A stretch of DNA of 64,000 bases from Verrucomicrobia bacterium ADurb.Bin006 (GTDB taxonomy: Bacteria > Verrucomicrobiota > Verrucomicrobiia > Limisphaerales > J093), in NCBI GenBank assembly GCA_002071485.1, contig MWFF01000078.1, forward strand, positions 3,890 through 67,889, read 5' to 3'. A model generated the notes under the pieces. That model ran no database searches and was not told the DNA's origin. It worked only from the letters and a program-made list of their open reading frames with translations. Shown piece by piece: positions 20,562-28,879 of the stretch. The stretch's first letter is position 1, and the number at the start of each line of letters is the position of its first letter. The position numbers and the translations under genes are program-made.

Positions 20562-20609
20562 GGTTGATGGTCTGCGTCCGCATTCAACCGCTGCATGTCA
20601 ACGCTTGCC
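20562..20609 (-). repeat. Intergenic repeat family B, copy 1 (inverted relative to the other copies)
   Basis: The reverse complement TGGCAAGCGTTGACATGCAGCGGTTGAATGCGGACGCAGACCATCAACC aligns with 42670-42716 and 38360-38406. Confidence 0.6.
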
Positions 20610-20616
20610 ATCGTCT

Positions 20617-21978
20617 TCAAATGGACCAAGGCGCGCGGAGCGGGCGATCGAGCAAACGGTTGGCAGCGTCGTCGTCGAACCGTTCGCGCACCGGGTCCCA
20701 CTTGAGCTTTAGTCCCAGCTTGATCGCAATCAGCCCCAGGTGACACATCGTGTTGGTCCGATGGCCGACTTCAGCGGGAATCAGCGTCGGCGTTCGCCTC
20801 TTCACCGATCGGATGAAGTCGATCTTCTCGCTGATCAACGGGAGGCGCAGGTCGTTTGGCCCGAACGGTTCATCTAGAATCGCCTTGGGCTGCGCCTCGA
20901 CTCCCTTGTTCCAGACTGCCTCGATCCACCCGTCGTCGCCCTCGAAGCGAACAGCCGGGCGCCCGCTCATGCAGTACTCGAGTTCGACCCCGTCGGCGTA
21001 CCGATAGATCACGGTGAACTCGCGCAATACATCTGACAGACCGCCGGGCGGATGAAACTCACCGCATCCTTCCACCTCGACCGGCCCCGTCAATTCGCTG
21101 TTGTGGCCCCATTGGACAATATCGAGCAGATGCGTGCCCCAGTTCCCGATGATCCCGTCGCAGTAGTCCTGAATGATCATCCAACCGGGACGCGCCGAGA
21201 GGTTGTTGCGGGTGTGAACCCGCTTCTCCGTGTAGGGCGCTTCGGGCGCCGGGCCAAGCCACAGGCTGTAGTCCAGGTCGGCCGGCACGGGCATCGTCGG
21301 CTGGGCGGGCACAGGGTCCGCCTCCTTTGGAACCTCGGCGCGGATGCGCCGCACGCGCCCGATCCGGCCGTTCCGGACACACTCGCACAGCCGACGAAAG
21401 TCGCCCGAGAATCGGACCTCGGTGTCCGTGCGGAAAATCCGGTTGTGTTTGACCATCGCGTCGCTGATGGCGCGCCCCTGCGCAATCGACAGAGACATCG
21501 GTTTCTCGAGTGCCACGTCCTTGCCGGCACGCGCGGCATCGATCGCCATGATCGCGTGCCAATGGTCGGGCGTCGATATCATGACCGCGTCGATGTCGCT
21601 GCGGGCCAAGATGTTGCGGAACGCGCGGGCGATCATGCATCCCTTGTACGAACCGCGCCTCGTTTGCGCGGCGTAGTACTCCTCGACCCGTTTGCGACCC
21701 TCTTCGAGCCGCCAGGCATCCACATCGCACACCGCAACCACCTGGGTGTCGGGCGACGCCAGGAACGGCAGCAGATTGGCGTGATAGGCCTGCCGCCCCA
21801 TGCCGATCATCCCCATCGTAATCCGCTCGTTGGGCGCCGCGCGATCGGTCGCGCCCAAGGCGGCCCGGGGAAGGAACCTCAGGCCGGCCCAGGCGGCAGC
21901 GCCGGTCCGGACCGTTGCGCACAGGAAACTCCGTCGAGTCGCAGACCCGAAGTGTGGGACGATCTTGAGACGACTCAT
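20617..21978 (-). CDS. Tat-signal Gfo/Idh/MocA oxidoreductase (periplasmic; possibly GH109-like)
   Basis: Start trimmed to ATG 21978: [23 protein letters not shown] is a twin-arginine leader. Then MGMIGMGRQ and ALEKPMS. The C-terminal HRTNTMCHLGLIA...LKWDP block is present. Confidence 0.85.
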   Translation of the reverse strand: MSRLKIVPHFGSATRRSFLCATVRTGAAAWAGLRFLPRAALGATDRAAPNERITMGMIGMGRQAYHANLLPFLASPDTQVVAVCDVDAWRLEEGRKRVEEYYAAQTRRGSYKGCMIARAFRNILARSDIDAVMISTPDHWHAIMAIDAARAGKDVALEKPMSLSIAQGRAISDAMVKHNRIFRTDTEVRFSGDFRRLCECVRNGRIGRVRRIRAEVPKEADPVPAQPTMPVPADLDYSLWLGPAPEAPYTEKRVHTRNNLSARPGWMIIQDYCDGIIGNWGTHLLDIVQWGHNSELTGPVEVEGCGEFHPPGGLSDVLREFTVIYRYADGVELEYCMSGRPAVRFEGDDGWIEAVWNKGVEAQPKAILDEPFGPNDLRLPLISEKIDFIRSVKRRTPTLIPAEVGHRTNTMCHLGLIAIKLGLKLKWDPVRERFDDDAANRLLDRPLRAPWSI

Positions 21979-22985
21979 AAGGTTGAGGGTTGGGATTGGT
22001 CTGAGGCGCGTCTCGCCAGGCACTCGCGAATCAGGCGCACGTTCCCGGGCGGGGTCTCGAAGGGCAAGGCACCCGTGCCAATTAGGCAGTTGGACCGGTC
22101 CCCGATGATTTCGAGAACGCGATCCACCCCCGCGTGTATCCGTTCGAGTTCGGACGAAGCGACCACGCCCGGATCGAGATTGACACGGACGCGAACGTGG
22201 GGATGGGTCCGGGCCACCGACTCGACGAAACGTTTTTGGTCCGTTTCCACATTGCAGGCCAGGTAGGTCGTCCCCGTGGCGAGCAAATCGGCGAGAATCG
22301 GGTATGTGTTTCCCCCCATGATGCAGGGAACGGGGTGTCCCAGACACTCGGCGGCCAGATTGAGGATGCGTCGCAACGCCGGCAACTCGATCTGGTGAAA
22401 CTGCCTCGGCGAAAGAAGCGGCGGCGCGGCGGCCGATTCGAAAAACGCAACGTCGAGGCCGGCCTCCGCGATCGCGCGACAGAACCCGGCCTGGTTCTCG
22501 GCCAACCGAAGCAGCAGGCGCGCAGTGGCCTCGGGCCGCAGGATCGCATCCTCACAAAGTCGGGTGATGCCGCGCAGGTTAAAGGCGATGCTGAAAGGCC
22601 CGGCAACCGGAATGCGAACATCGGCCTCTGGGAATTCCCGTCTCAGACGCTGCCCGACAGCGAGGACCATGGGGATGCGTCCCGCGCAGGCAGGGTCAAA
22701 AGGCGGCAGGTCATGACCATCCTCAGGACAGCCGAGCAATGGCTGGCGGATTGCGGGGATGGCATCGTCCTCGACAACCTCGACGCGCGCGCCGTATGCC
22801 TCGGCTTCGAGGTTGTAGATGTCGATGCCGACCGCGATCACCTGCTGCCGATACTCGAGATAAGCTGCGCGATGGGCCTCGAAGAGCAGTCCCGCATCCC
22901 TCGAAACCTCCCACGGCGTTCGTCCCACGAAGCGAGCGGCGTGCTCGTAGACGACCGGAGTAAACGGAATGCGCGACCGCATCAC
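21975..22985 (-). CDS. Uroporphyrinogen-decarboxylase (URO-D) family protein, non-HemE type
   Basis: 336 aa with the URO-D/MtaA-like layout. Its stop overlaps the downstream ATG (ATGA at 21975-21978). It has no signal peptide. Confidence 0.7.
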   Translation of the reverse strand: MMRSRIPFTPVVYEHAARFVGRTPWEVSRDAGLLFEAHRAAYLEYRQQVIAVGIDIYNLEAEAYGARVEVVEDDAIPAIRQPLLGCPEDGHDLPPFDPACAGRIPMVLAVGQRLRREFPEADVRIPVAGPFSIAFNLRGITRLCEDAILRPEATARLLLRLAENQAGFCRAIAEAGLDVAFFESAAAPPLLSPRQFHQIELPALRRILNLAAECLGHPVPCIMGGNTYPILADLLATGTTYLACNVETDQKRFVESVARTHPHVRVRVNLDPGVVASSELERIHAGVDRVLEIIGDRSNCLIGTGALPFETPPGNVRLIRECLARRASDQSQPSTL

Positions 22986-23722
22986 GGTCTAGGTCGGAGC
23001 CGGGCAATGTTCTTCTCGATGTCGGGTCCCAGGTCTTCCTGGTAGAAGTACGCATCCCGATCCCCGCCGGGGCTCCAGCTATGGATGAAAAGCATCTTGT
23101 CGAATCGAATCCACCGCGCCGAGCCGTCCATGGTCAGCACGTTGCCGCCATCCGGGATTCCGCCCCGCCCGCGATGCGGCGGCATGTCCTTGAATGCGCT
23201 GTCGCGGCCTCCGCCCCACTTGCCGTCGATCTTCATCACGGCATCCGCCGCCAGCGCCCAGGTCGGCTGCGAGATCGAGGCTCTGATCGGGCTGCGGGAG
23301 TTGAACGTGCCCGCGGGGTTGATCCATTTCGGAATGCCGCCGAAGTACTGGTAACCGATGACCCACTGCGGGTATTCGGCTTCGTAGGTTGGGAATGTGG
23401 GACGATTGGGGCAGGTCCAGATCTGGCTGACGGTGCTGTTCGTCGTGATGGTCAAGCCGATCGTTGCCGCCGCGCCCCGTTCGGGCGGATTGAGGCAGAT
23501 TTGCACCTCGCCATTCCGGGCCTCGATCACCAGATCGTTGTTGTCCCCGGCGTAAACTGTCATCCCAATCCCAATCTGGCGCAGATTGTTGAGGCATTTG
23601 GCACGCTTGCCGTTCTCCTTCGCCCGAGACAGGGCTGGCAACAGAAGACCGGCAAGAATCGCGATAATCGCAATCACCACCAGCAACTCGATCAGAGTGA
23701 AGGCTCCCTTAACTGGTTTCAT
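22982..23722 (-). CDS. Prepilin-type N-terminal cleavage/methylation protein of the HX9DG family (pseudopilin-like)
   Basis: [36 protein letters not shown] is a class III signal. The C-terminal [22 protein letters not shown] is the H-X9-DG region. There is a 4-nt overlap with the next gene. Confidence 0.85.
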   Translation of the reverse strand: MKPVKGAFTLIELLVVIAIIAILAGLLLPALSRAKENGKRAKCLNNLRQIGIGMTVYAGDNNDLVIEARNGEVQICLNPPERGAAATIGLTITTNSTVSQIWTCPNRPTFPTYEAEYPQWVIGYQYFGGIPKWINPAGTFNSRSPIRASISQPTWALAADAVMKIDGKWGGGRDSAFKDMPPHRGRGGIPDGGNVLTMDGSARWIRFDKMLFIHSWSPGGDRDAYFYQEDLGPDIEKNIARLRPRP

Positions 23723-23754
23723 AGCACCAATATGTTTCTCCGCTGCGTGGGAGA

Positions 23755-23800
23755 GAGAGCATTGACTTCAACGACTTAATGCATACCGGGACCATGAACC
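23755..23800 (+). repeat. Intergenic repeat family B, copy 2
   Basis: GCATTGACTTCAACGACTTAATGCATACCGGGACCATGAACC aligns with the B copies at 38360 and 42670. It lies 35-80 nt upstream of the HX9DG gene start. Confidence 0.55.
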
Positions 23801-23805
23801 AAAAC

Positions 23806-23854
23806 GGAGAACGGACAACGGACAACGTCCAACTCTCAACTCTCAACTCTCAAC
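23806..23854 (+). repeat. Heptanucleotide tandem array (7 units)
   Basis: GGAGAAC GGACAAC GGACAAC GTCCAAC TCTCAAC TCTCAAC TCTCAAC, immediately after B copy 2. Confidence 0.7.
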
Positions 23855-23916
23855 TCGTCTTGATTCTCCGCCGGCGCCTGGGGTTCGTCACCCCGGGCGC
23901 CGAGCATCCTCGGTCT

Positions 23917-26841
23917 CTACCTTCTGGCTCGATAAAACTTCTGAGCGCCACTCGCCGAAATGGTCAGCGGGCTGGTCTCGGCCACATCCGTCCACGGCCC
24001 CGTCAACTGGTCAGCCGCCGTCAGGATGCCTGTGAAGGTGAGAACCACGTTGGCGCCTTGGATGGCAATGCTGACTTCGGGCGTGCCACCTTGGTTGAAG
24101 GGGACGGGTTCGGTGGCGTTGTAGCCCGACTTGCTGATGAAGAAGTCGTCGAACCAGAGGCTGGCCGCCGTGTTGTTGCCCGTGACAAACAGCTTGTCGA
24201 GGTCCGGCATCATCGGGCCGAGCACCGGGTCCGGCGTCAAGGCGTCGCGGTCGCTCAGGTAGTCCTTCCACAGCTCGGTCCGTTCCTCTGCGCCATCCTT
24301 CTTGATGTAGACCGAGAAGATGTCGTAGGGCGAAACAGGATCGTTCATCGGCTCGTTCTTGATGTCGATCCAGACCGAGTAGAGCGCGCCCGTCTCGAGC
24401 GGGTCGGTGGCGTATTCGATAGCCCCGCCCACGTAATTGATGACGCCCAGGAACCAGGGAGGCGCGGCCGTGTCGAAGTTGGCGTGGAGCACCGGGCCAA
24501 TGTTGCTGGTGGTGTCGCCCTGGCTGCGGATGTTCTTGTCCGTCAGGCCGATCACATGGCGAAGGGCCGCCGTGGGCAGCGGTTCCCGGACCAGGATGCG
24601 GAAGAAGAGAGTGCGCTCCTGACCTTCGGTGATCTTGAGCGAGCCGATGGGGAGCACGACCGCGCTATCGGTGGTCCGGACGCTGAGCATGTGGTTGCCG
24701 TTCAGGTTCTCGACTTGGGCGTACTCGCCGCGGGTGTCGCTCCACCAGGCGGTGCGCGAGATGGGGCCCGGGCTGTGCTCGTCGAAGTTGTCCAGCGCCG
24801 CCCAGTTGGCCTCGACTCCTTTGAGGACCGTCACCGTCGTCCGGGCGCTCAGTTGCTCCTCACCCCGTTTGATGGTCAATGTGTAGGTGGTCGTGGCTGT
24901 CGGCGTCACGCTGACGCTCCCCGCCCCGGAGACGCTCATCGAGGTGACATCGCCGACGCCGTTGTCGATGAGTATCTGCTCGGCCGTTCTCCGGACATCC
25001 CAGCGCAACCTGACGGAATCGCCTTCGACCACTTCCGGCATGCTCGAGGTGAACGCGCTGATCACGAGGGGTTGGAAGTTGGGAGGCGGGTCGGGCATGG
25101 GGGCCGTCGCCAGGAGTTGCGCCTCGGCCGCCGTCAGCCCGCGGTTCCACACGATCACATCGTCGATCTGTCCCGTGAACCAGGCCGAGCTGGTGTTGCG
25201 CAGGATGCCGCCAATGGTCGTCGTGTCGAGGGTGAGAGGTCGCACGGGATCCGGCTTCATCGTGTCCAGCACACCGTCGATGTAAAGGTGCGCGGTCGTC
25301 ACGCCTCCGCCCAAATCGCGCTGCGTGTAGAGGATGTGATGCCAGTCGCCGTCAAAGGCGATACCGGCCGAGTGATGATGATCGCCTACCGTGCCACCGG
25401 TATCGGTCCGAATGTAGATGTCCACACTGCCGTCGGTGCCGCCATTATGCGTGCCGATGTTGAAGAGGGGGTTGGCGTTCTTGGTGGAACCTTCCGCGAA
25501 AACGCGTCGGTCGGTCTGGATGCTGTAGTCGCCCTTGGCCCACAGCGACACCGAGAAGTCGGGGTGCTGATATATGGGCAGGCCTTCGGCCGGGTTGTTG
25601 ATGCGCTGCAGCAACGTCTGACGCGCGGCATCGAATTGGAAGCAGTTGCCCCACTTGCCCGGGACCACGTCGGCGGCGGTCAGGTTGACCAATTCCATGT
25701 CGTATTCGCTGACGATGTCGTAAGTCTTGTTCCCTTGGACATCGTCAAGCCGCCACAGCGAGACAACCTGACTCGTCAAATTCGGTTCGGGTAGCGGATT
25801 GACGACCAGCGTGGCGGCGGCAGACACCGTCGATCCTTCGATGTTGGTGACCCTGAGCTTGTAGTCGCCAGAGTCTGCAACCTGGAGGTCCGTCAGCACC
25901 AGGGTGGCCGACGTGGCGTCTGCGATCTCGTTCTCTCCCTTCAACCACTGGTAGGTCAGGGGCCGCACCCCGGCCGCCCCGGCTGTCAACGTGAAAGAGT
26001 CGCCAACGCGGAGTTTGGACGAACCGACCGGATCCAGGGTGATGAAGGGGCCGAAAGCAGGCACCGGGGTCTGAATGCCGTTGTTCATCACGTCCTGGAT
26101 TTCTTCCATGCTCAGCGCCCGTTCCCAGACCGCGACTTCGTCGATCGTCCCGGCGAAGCGGGCTCCGATGTTCGAACCATTGCCGCGAACGATGGCACCG
26201 ATCGAGAGCGTGTCCTGGATCGGATTCGCCTCGCGAGTATACCTCGCCGTCATCGTGTTGGTGCCGTCCAGATAGAGCGTCACCGCACCCGAGACGTCGA
26301 CCAAGGCCACGTGATGCCACGTGTTGTCAAACGCGGTGCCGGGGGAGTGCTGGTGATTCAACTGCACCCCGCCCGTGCTGTTGCGAAAGAAGAGGTCGAT
26401 CGTACCGTCCGCGCCCGCGTTATGGGTGCCAATATTCACGAGCGGATCGTTGTCGCCGAGGAGGCTGTTGCTCTCAGAAAAGACGCGCCGGTCGCTCTGC
26501 TTGGCCGCTCCCTTAACCCAGAACATGACGGTGAAGCTCGCTGCCTTCGAGATGGGCAGCCGGTCCGTCTCCTCGCCGTACATGGTTAGGTAGGCGTACT
26601 GCGACGTCCCATCGAACTGGAAGGCGTTTCCGCGCTTGCCCGGCACGACGCCGGATGTGTCAAACCAGTTGACGGTGTTCAGGTCATATCCGGAAACCAG
26701 GTCGGCTGTGGTGGTCAGATCCGCCGAAATGGCGTCCAGCGGCCAGTAGGAGACCAGGCCCTGACGCACATCGGCGGCAAGGAGAACAGCGCTGCCGAGC
26801 CAGGCGACCATGCATCCGGCAATGAGTTGAGAGGTTTTCAT
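23917..26841 (-). CDS. Large secreted LamG / Ig-like multidomain protein
   Basis: Start trimmed to ATG 26841 (MKTSQLIAGCMVAWLGSAVLLA signal peptide). Two LamG-type modules (LVSYWPLD...GNAFQFDG and SLWRLDD...GNCFQFDA) are each followed by an Ig-like module (LTYQWLK...SGDYKLRVTN). Confidence 0.75.
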   Translation of the reverse strand: MKTSQLIAGCMVAWLGSAVLLAADVRQGLVSYWPLDAISADLTTTADLVSGYDLNTVNWFDTSGVVPGKRGNAFQFDGTSQYAYLTMYGEETDRLPISKAASFTVMFWVKGAAKQSDRRVFSESNSLLGDNDPLVNIGTHNAGADGTIDLFFRNSTGGVQLNHQHSPGTAFDNTWHHVALVDVSGAVTLYLDGTNTMTARYTREANPIQDTLSIGAIVRGNGSNIGARFAGTIDEVAVWERALSMEEIQDVMNNGIQTPVPAFGPFITLDPVGSSKLRVGDSFTLTAGAAGVRPLTYQWLKGENEIADATSATLVLTDLQVADSGDYKLRVTNIEGSTVSAAATLVVNPLPEPNLTSQVVSLWRLDDVQGNKTYDIVSEYDMELVNLTAADVVPGKWGNCFQFDAARQTLLQRINNPAEGLPIYQHPDFSVSLWAKGDYSIQTDRRVFAEGSTKNANPLFNIGTHNGGTDGSVDIYIRTDTGGTVGDHHHSAGIAFDGDWHHILYTQRDLGGGVTTAHLYIDGVLDTMKPDPVRPLTLDTTTIGGILRNTSSAWFTGQIDDVIVWNRGLTAAEAQLLATAPMPDPPPNFQPLVISAFTSSMPEVVEGDSVRLRWDVRRTAEQILIDNGVGDVTSMSVSGAGSVSVTPTATTTYTLTIKRGEEQLSARTTVTVLKGVEANWAALDNFDEHSPGPISRTAWWSDTRGEYAQVENLNGNHMLSVRTTDSAVVLPIGSLKITEGQERTLFFRILVREPLPTAALRHVIGLTDKNIRSQGDTTSNIGPVLHANFDTAAPPWFLGVINYVGGAIEYATDPLETGALYSVWIDIKNEPMNDPVSPYDIFSVYIKKDGAEERTELWKDYLSDRDALTPDPVLGPMMPDLDKLFVTGNNTAASLWFDDFFISKSGYNATEPVPFNQGGTPEVSIAIQGANVVLTFTGILTAADQLTGPWTDVAETSPLTISASGAQKFYRARR

Positions 26842-26978
26842 GGGTTGGGTTCTTATGGGAGTATAGTGATGTTGTGTCACATGACTTGAATTCAGGCTGG
26901 TTTCGCAGCGAGTTTGCTACATGACCATCGAGGCGGCAAGCGTTTATTCTCAACGTTTCATTCTCAGCCTCGTCGAGC

Positions 26979-27166
26979 GCGGTGCACCTGACAGTTCTCG
27001 ATGTTCTCTCGCCCGGTGAGGCATCGGGCCTTCAACGGATGGAGATTGCCGGAGGGGCGACCGCAAAGCGCAGCGGCCTGTCTGCCGTGTCGGGCACGGC
27101 ACAGGCAGGCGCGGCAGGTAGGCCCCACGCGGCGCAGGCTCGGTTTTCACCGACAACCTCCAGATG
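26979..27166 (+). repeat. Intergenic repeat family A, copy 2 (about 188 nt)
   Basis: Aligns with 20299-20503. The blocks CAACGGATGGAGA, CCGCAAAGCGCAGCGG, CTGTCTGCCGTGTCGGGCACGGC, AGGCAGGCGCGGCAGG and CACCGACAAC..CAGATG are all conserved. Confidence 0.7.
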
Positions 27167-27190
27167 CACTGCCACCCACAAACCTCGAAC

Positions 27191-28876
27191 TCAGTACAAG
27201 GCGCCCTTAGGTGTCCGGTATGCCTTGCCCGACGGGGCTCGGGGCGGGGCATTGGTCGGCTTCGACTTGAATGCGGATCGCAACAGCCAATGCCGCTTGA
27301 AACCCTGAATCAACTCGTCAGTGTGGAGCAGGAGCGCCTGCAGCGTCCCGACGAAGTTGGTATTGGCTTCGACCTGGGTGTTGAGGTTGCTGATGATGAT
27401 GCTCAGGCTCTGAAGCGGGGGCTGCATCTGCGTCATCAGTAGTGTCAGATTGGTGTTGGCCGCGGCGAGCATCACGCCCGCATCGGCAAGGATGGCGCTG
27501 ACGTTTGTGAGGGCGTCGTTGGCGTTGGTCAGGGTGACCAACGTCTGCGCATGAAGATCGGCCGGCAGCAACCAGCGCCCCAGGGCGCCGTCGGCGTTGG
27601 TCAGATTGGCGCTGATGACGGTCAGATTGGTGACCAACGGTTGCGCCTGAACCACAAGCAGATCGGCATTTGCCGTCAGATCCAGGGCCTTGTCGAGTAT
27701 CTGGGCCACTTGATTGGTCAGGGCGAACACGCTGGGCAAGGCCGCCTCCGTCTCGCGCACCAGAAGATCCAGCCGATCCGACAACGTCGGCGTCTCATCG
27801 GGTGGAAGCCAGTAGGGCCTGGTGCTGGCCGTGTGCGGTTCGTACCGGCTGGTCTGGAGGTTCCACGAGTAGGTCACCTGCTTGGTCCGGGCCTGGCGGT
27901 CAACCACCCGAATCCGCGGCACCGACGCATCGATCAGCCTCTCGAGAAGATCCCGGTCCAACGGCACAAGCGGCGTGGCGAACCGGCGCGTCCGGTTGAT
28001 TTCCTGCGGATAGGCCTGTTCGAGGAGCAGGCGATTGACGCGAAAGACTTCCTCTCCCTGCGGAGGCGGATCGAGCAAACGCCGCGTCTCCTCTGTCAGC
28101 GCCACTCCGTCAAAAGCAGCCGCATCGTAAAGCAACGGCCCCTCGATGAGGCGTGTGAATTCCTCGACCAATGCCAGTTGCAGGGGGCGCAACTCGCGAG
28201 CCGCCCCCTTGTACCGGACCACCACATCCCGGTTCGCCTCGTCGAATCGCGCCAGGAGATGCCGCGTGAGCCGGTTGGTGCCGTCCTGCAGACGAGCCAC
28301 GAGGGCGGCCAGATCGCCGATGTCCTCCAAAACGAATGACGGAGCAAGCAGCTTGCGCGTGACAACCGGCAATTCAAGGACATCGAGGAACAGTTTGTCT
28401 TTGAGATCGGGCAGGGCGAGGGCATGTTGCGGCGTCTGCTCGCTGACTTGCCAGACGATGTGGGTGGGGACGTAGTTGGTGCCCTTCGTCACCTCGACAG
28501 TGCGCTTCCCCAGAAAATCGGAACTCACCCGCGCCTTCGATCCGGCCGTCCAGAGATACCCGAAATACGGGGCTCGGACCGAGAATTGGACATAGACGTT
28601 GTAGACCCCGTCGGGGCTCTCGGTGTCGATCAGGGTGATCTCGCCAACGTCGAATCCCATCAGCTTCACCGGATCGCCCACCTTGAGGCCGGCAGCGCTG
28701 TACAGGCTGGTGCAGTACTCGACCTTGGTCACCAGCCAACCCTTGCGCTTCGCCGTCTGGTACACATAGTACACAAAGCCGGCCACCAGAAGCAGCGTCG
28801 CCAGGAAAACAAACAACCCAACCGCTCGCTCCACGCGACCCAGACGCGTCCGCAGTTGAGGCGTAAGATCCTGCAC
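27191..28876 (-). CDS. MlaD/MCE-domain protein with a long helical C-terminal region
   Basis: N-terminal TM helix AVGLFVFLATLLLVAGFVYYVY, then an MCE-type beta-barrel (GLKVGDPVKLMGFDVGEITLI) and an Asn/Leu/Thr-rich helical tail. GTG start at 28876. Confidence 0.75.
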   Translation of the reverse strand: MQDLTPQLRTRLGRVERAVGLFVFLATLLLVAGFVYYVYQTAKRKGWLVTKVEYCTSLYSAAGLKVGDPVKLMGFDVGEITLIDTESPDGVYNVYVQFSVRAPYFGYLWTAGSKARVSSDFLGKRTVEVTKGTNYVPTHIVWQVSEQTPQHALALPDLKDKLFLDVLELPVVTRKLLAPSFVLEDIGDLAALVARLQDGTNRLTRHLLARFDEANRDVVVRYKGAARELRPLQLALVEEFTRLIEGPLLYDAAAFDGVALTEETRRLLDPPPQGEEVFRVNRLLLEQAYPQEINRTRRFATPLVPLDRDLLERLIDASVPRIRVVDRQARTKQVTYSWNLQTSRYEPHTASTRPYWLPPDETPTLSDRLDLLVRETEAALPSVFALTNQVAQILDKALDLTANADLLVVQAQPLVTNLTVISANLTNADGALGRWLLPADLHAQTLVTLTNANDALTNVSAILADAGVMLAAANTNLTLLMTQMQPPLQSLSIIISNLNTQVEANTNFVGTLQALLLHTDELIQGFKRHWLLRSAFKSKPTNAPPRAPSGKAYRTPKGALY

Positions 28877-28879
28877 TCG

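Noticed and set aside
20230-20583. ORFs across repeat family A (20230-20583 and 26950-27252, minus strand) that share a peptide-like block (LPRLP.PCPTRQT.RCALR)
   Set aside because: The two DNA copies differ by indels of 1 nt and about 16 nt, which break any common reading frame. The similarity is at nucleotide level, so the element is noncoding.
20234-22347. Long N-terminal extensions in the ORF track (for example 20617-22347, 18902-20434, 5489-6574, 38522-42259, 61759-63729, 58762-59667, 59208-60260, 53440-54870, 17856-19046)
   Set aside because: The extensions overlap the neighbouring genes or conserved noncoding repeats and are Arg/Pro-rich nonsense. Internal ATG/GTG starts give proper signal peptides, Tat leaders or prepilin N-termini, often with 4-nt start/stop coupling.
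23755-23800. Sigma-54-like GG...GC element in the reverse complement of the B repeat (TGGTCCCGGTATGCAT)
   Set aside because: The spacing between GG and GC is 9 nt rather than the strict 10 nt of -24/-12 promoters. The GC is missing in copy 3, and one copy points away from any gene.
23806-23854. Heptad arrays considered as a possible CRISPR or minisatellite
   Set aside because: The units are 7 nt with no spacers, and no cas genes are present. They are far too short for CRISPR repeats. They are reported only as tandem repeats.
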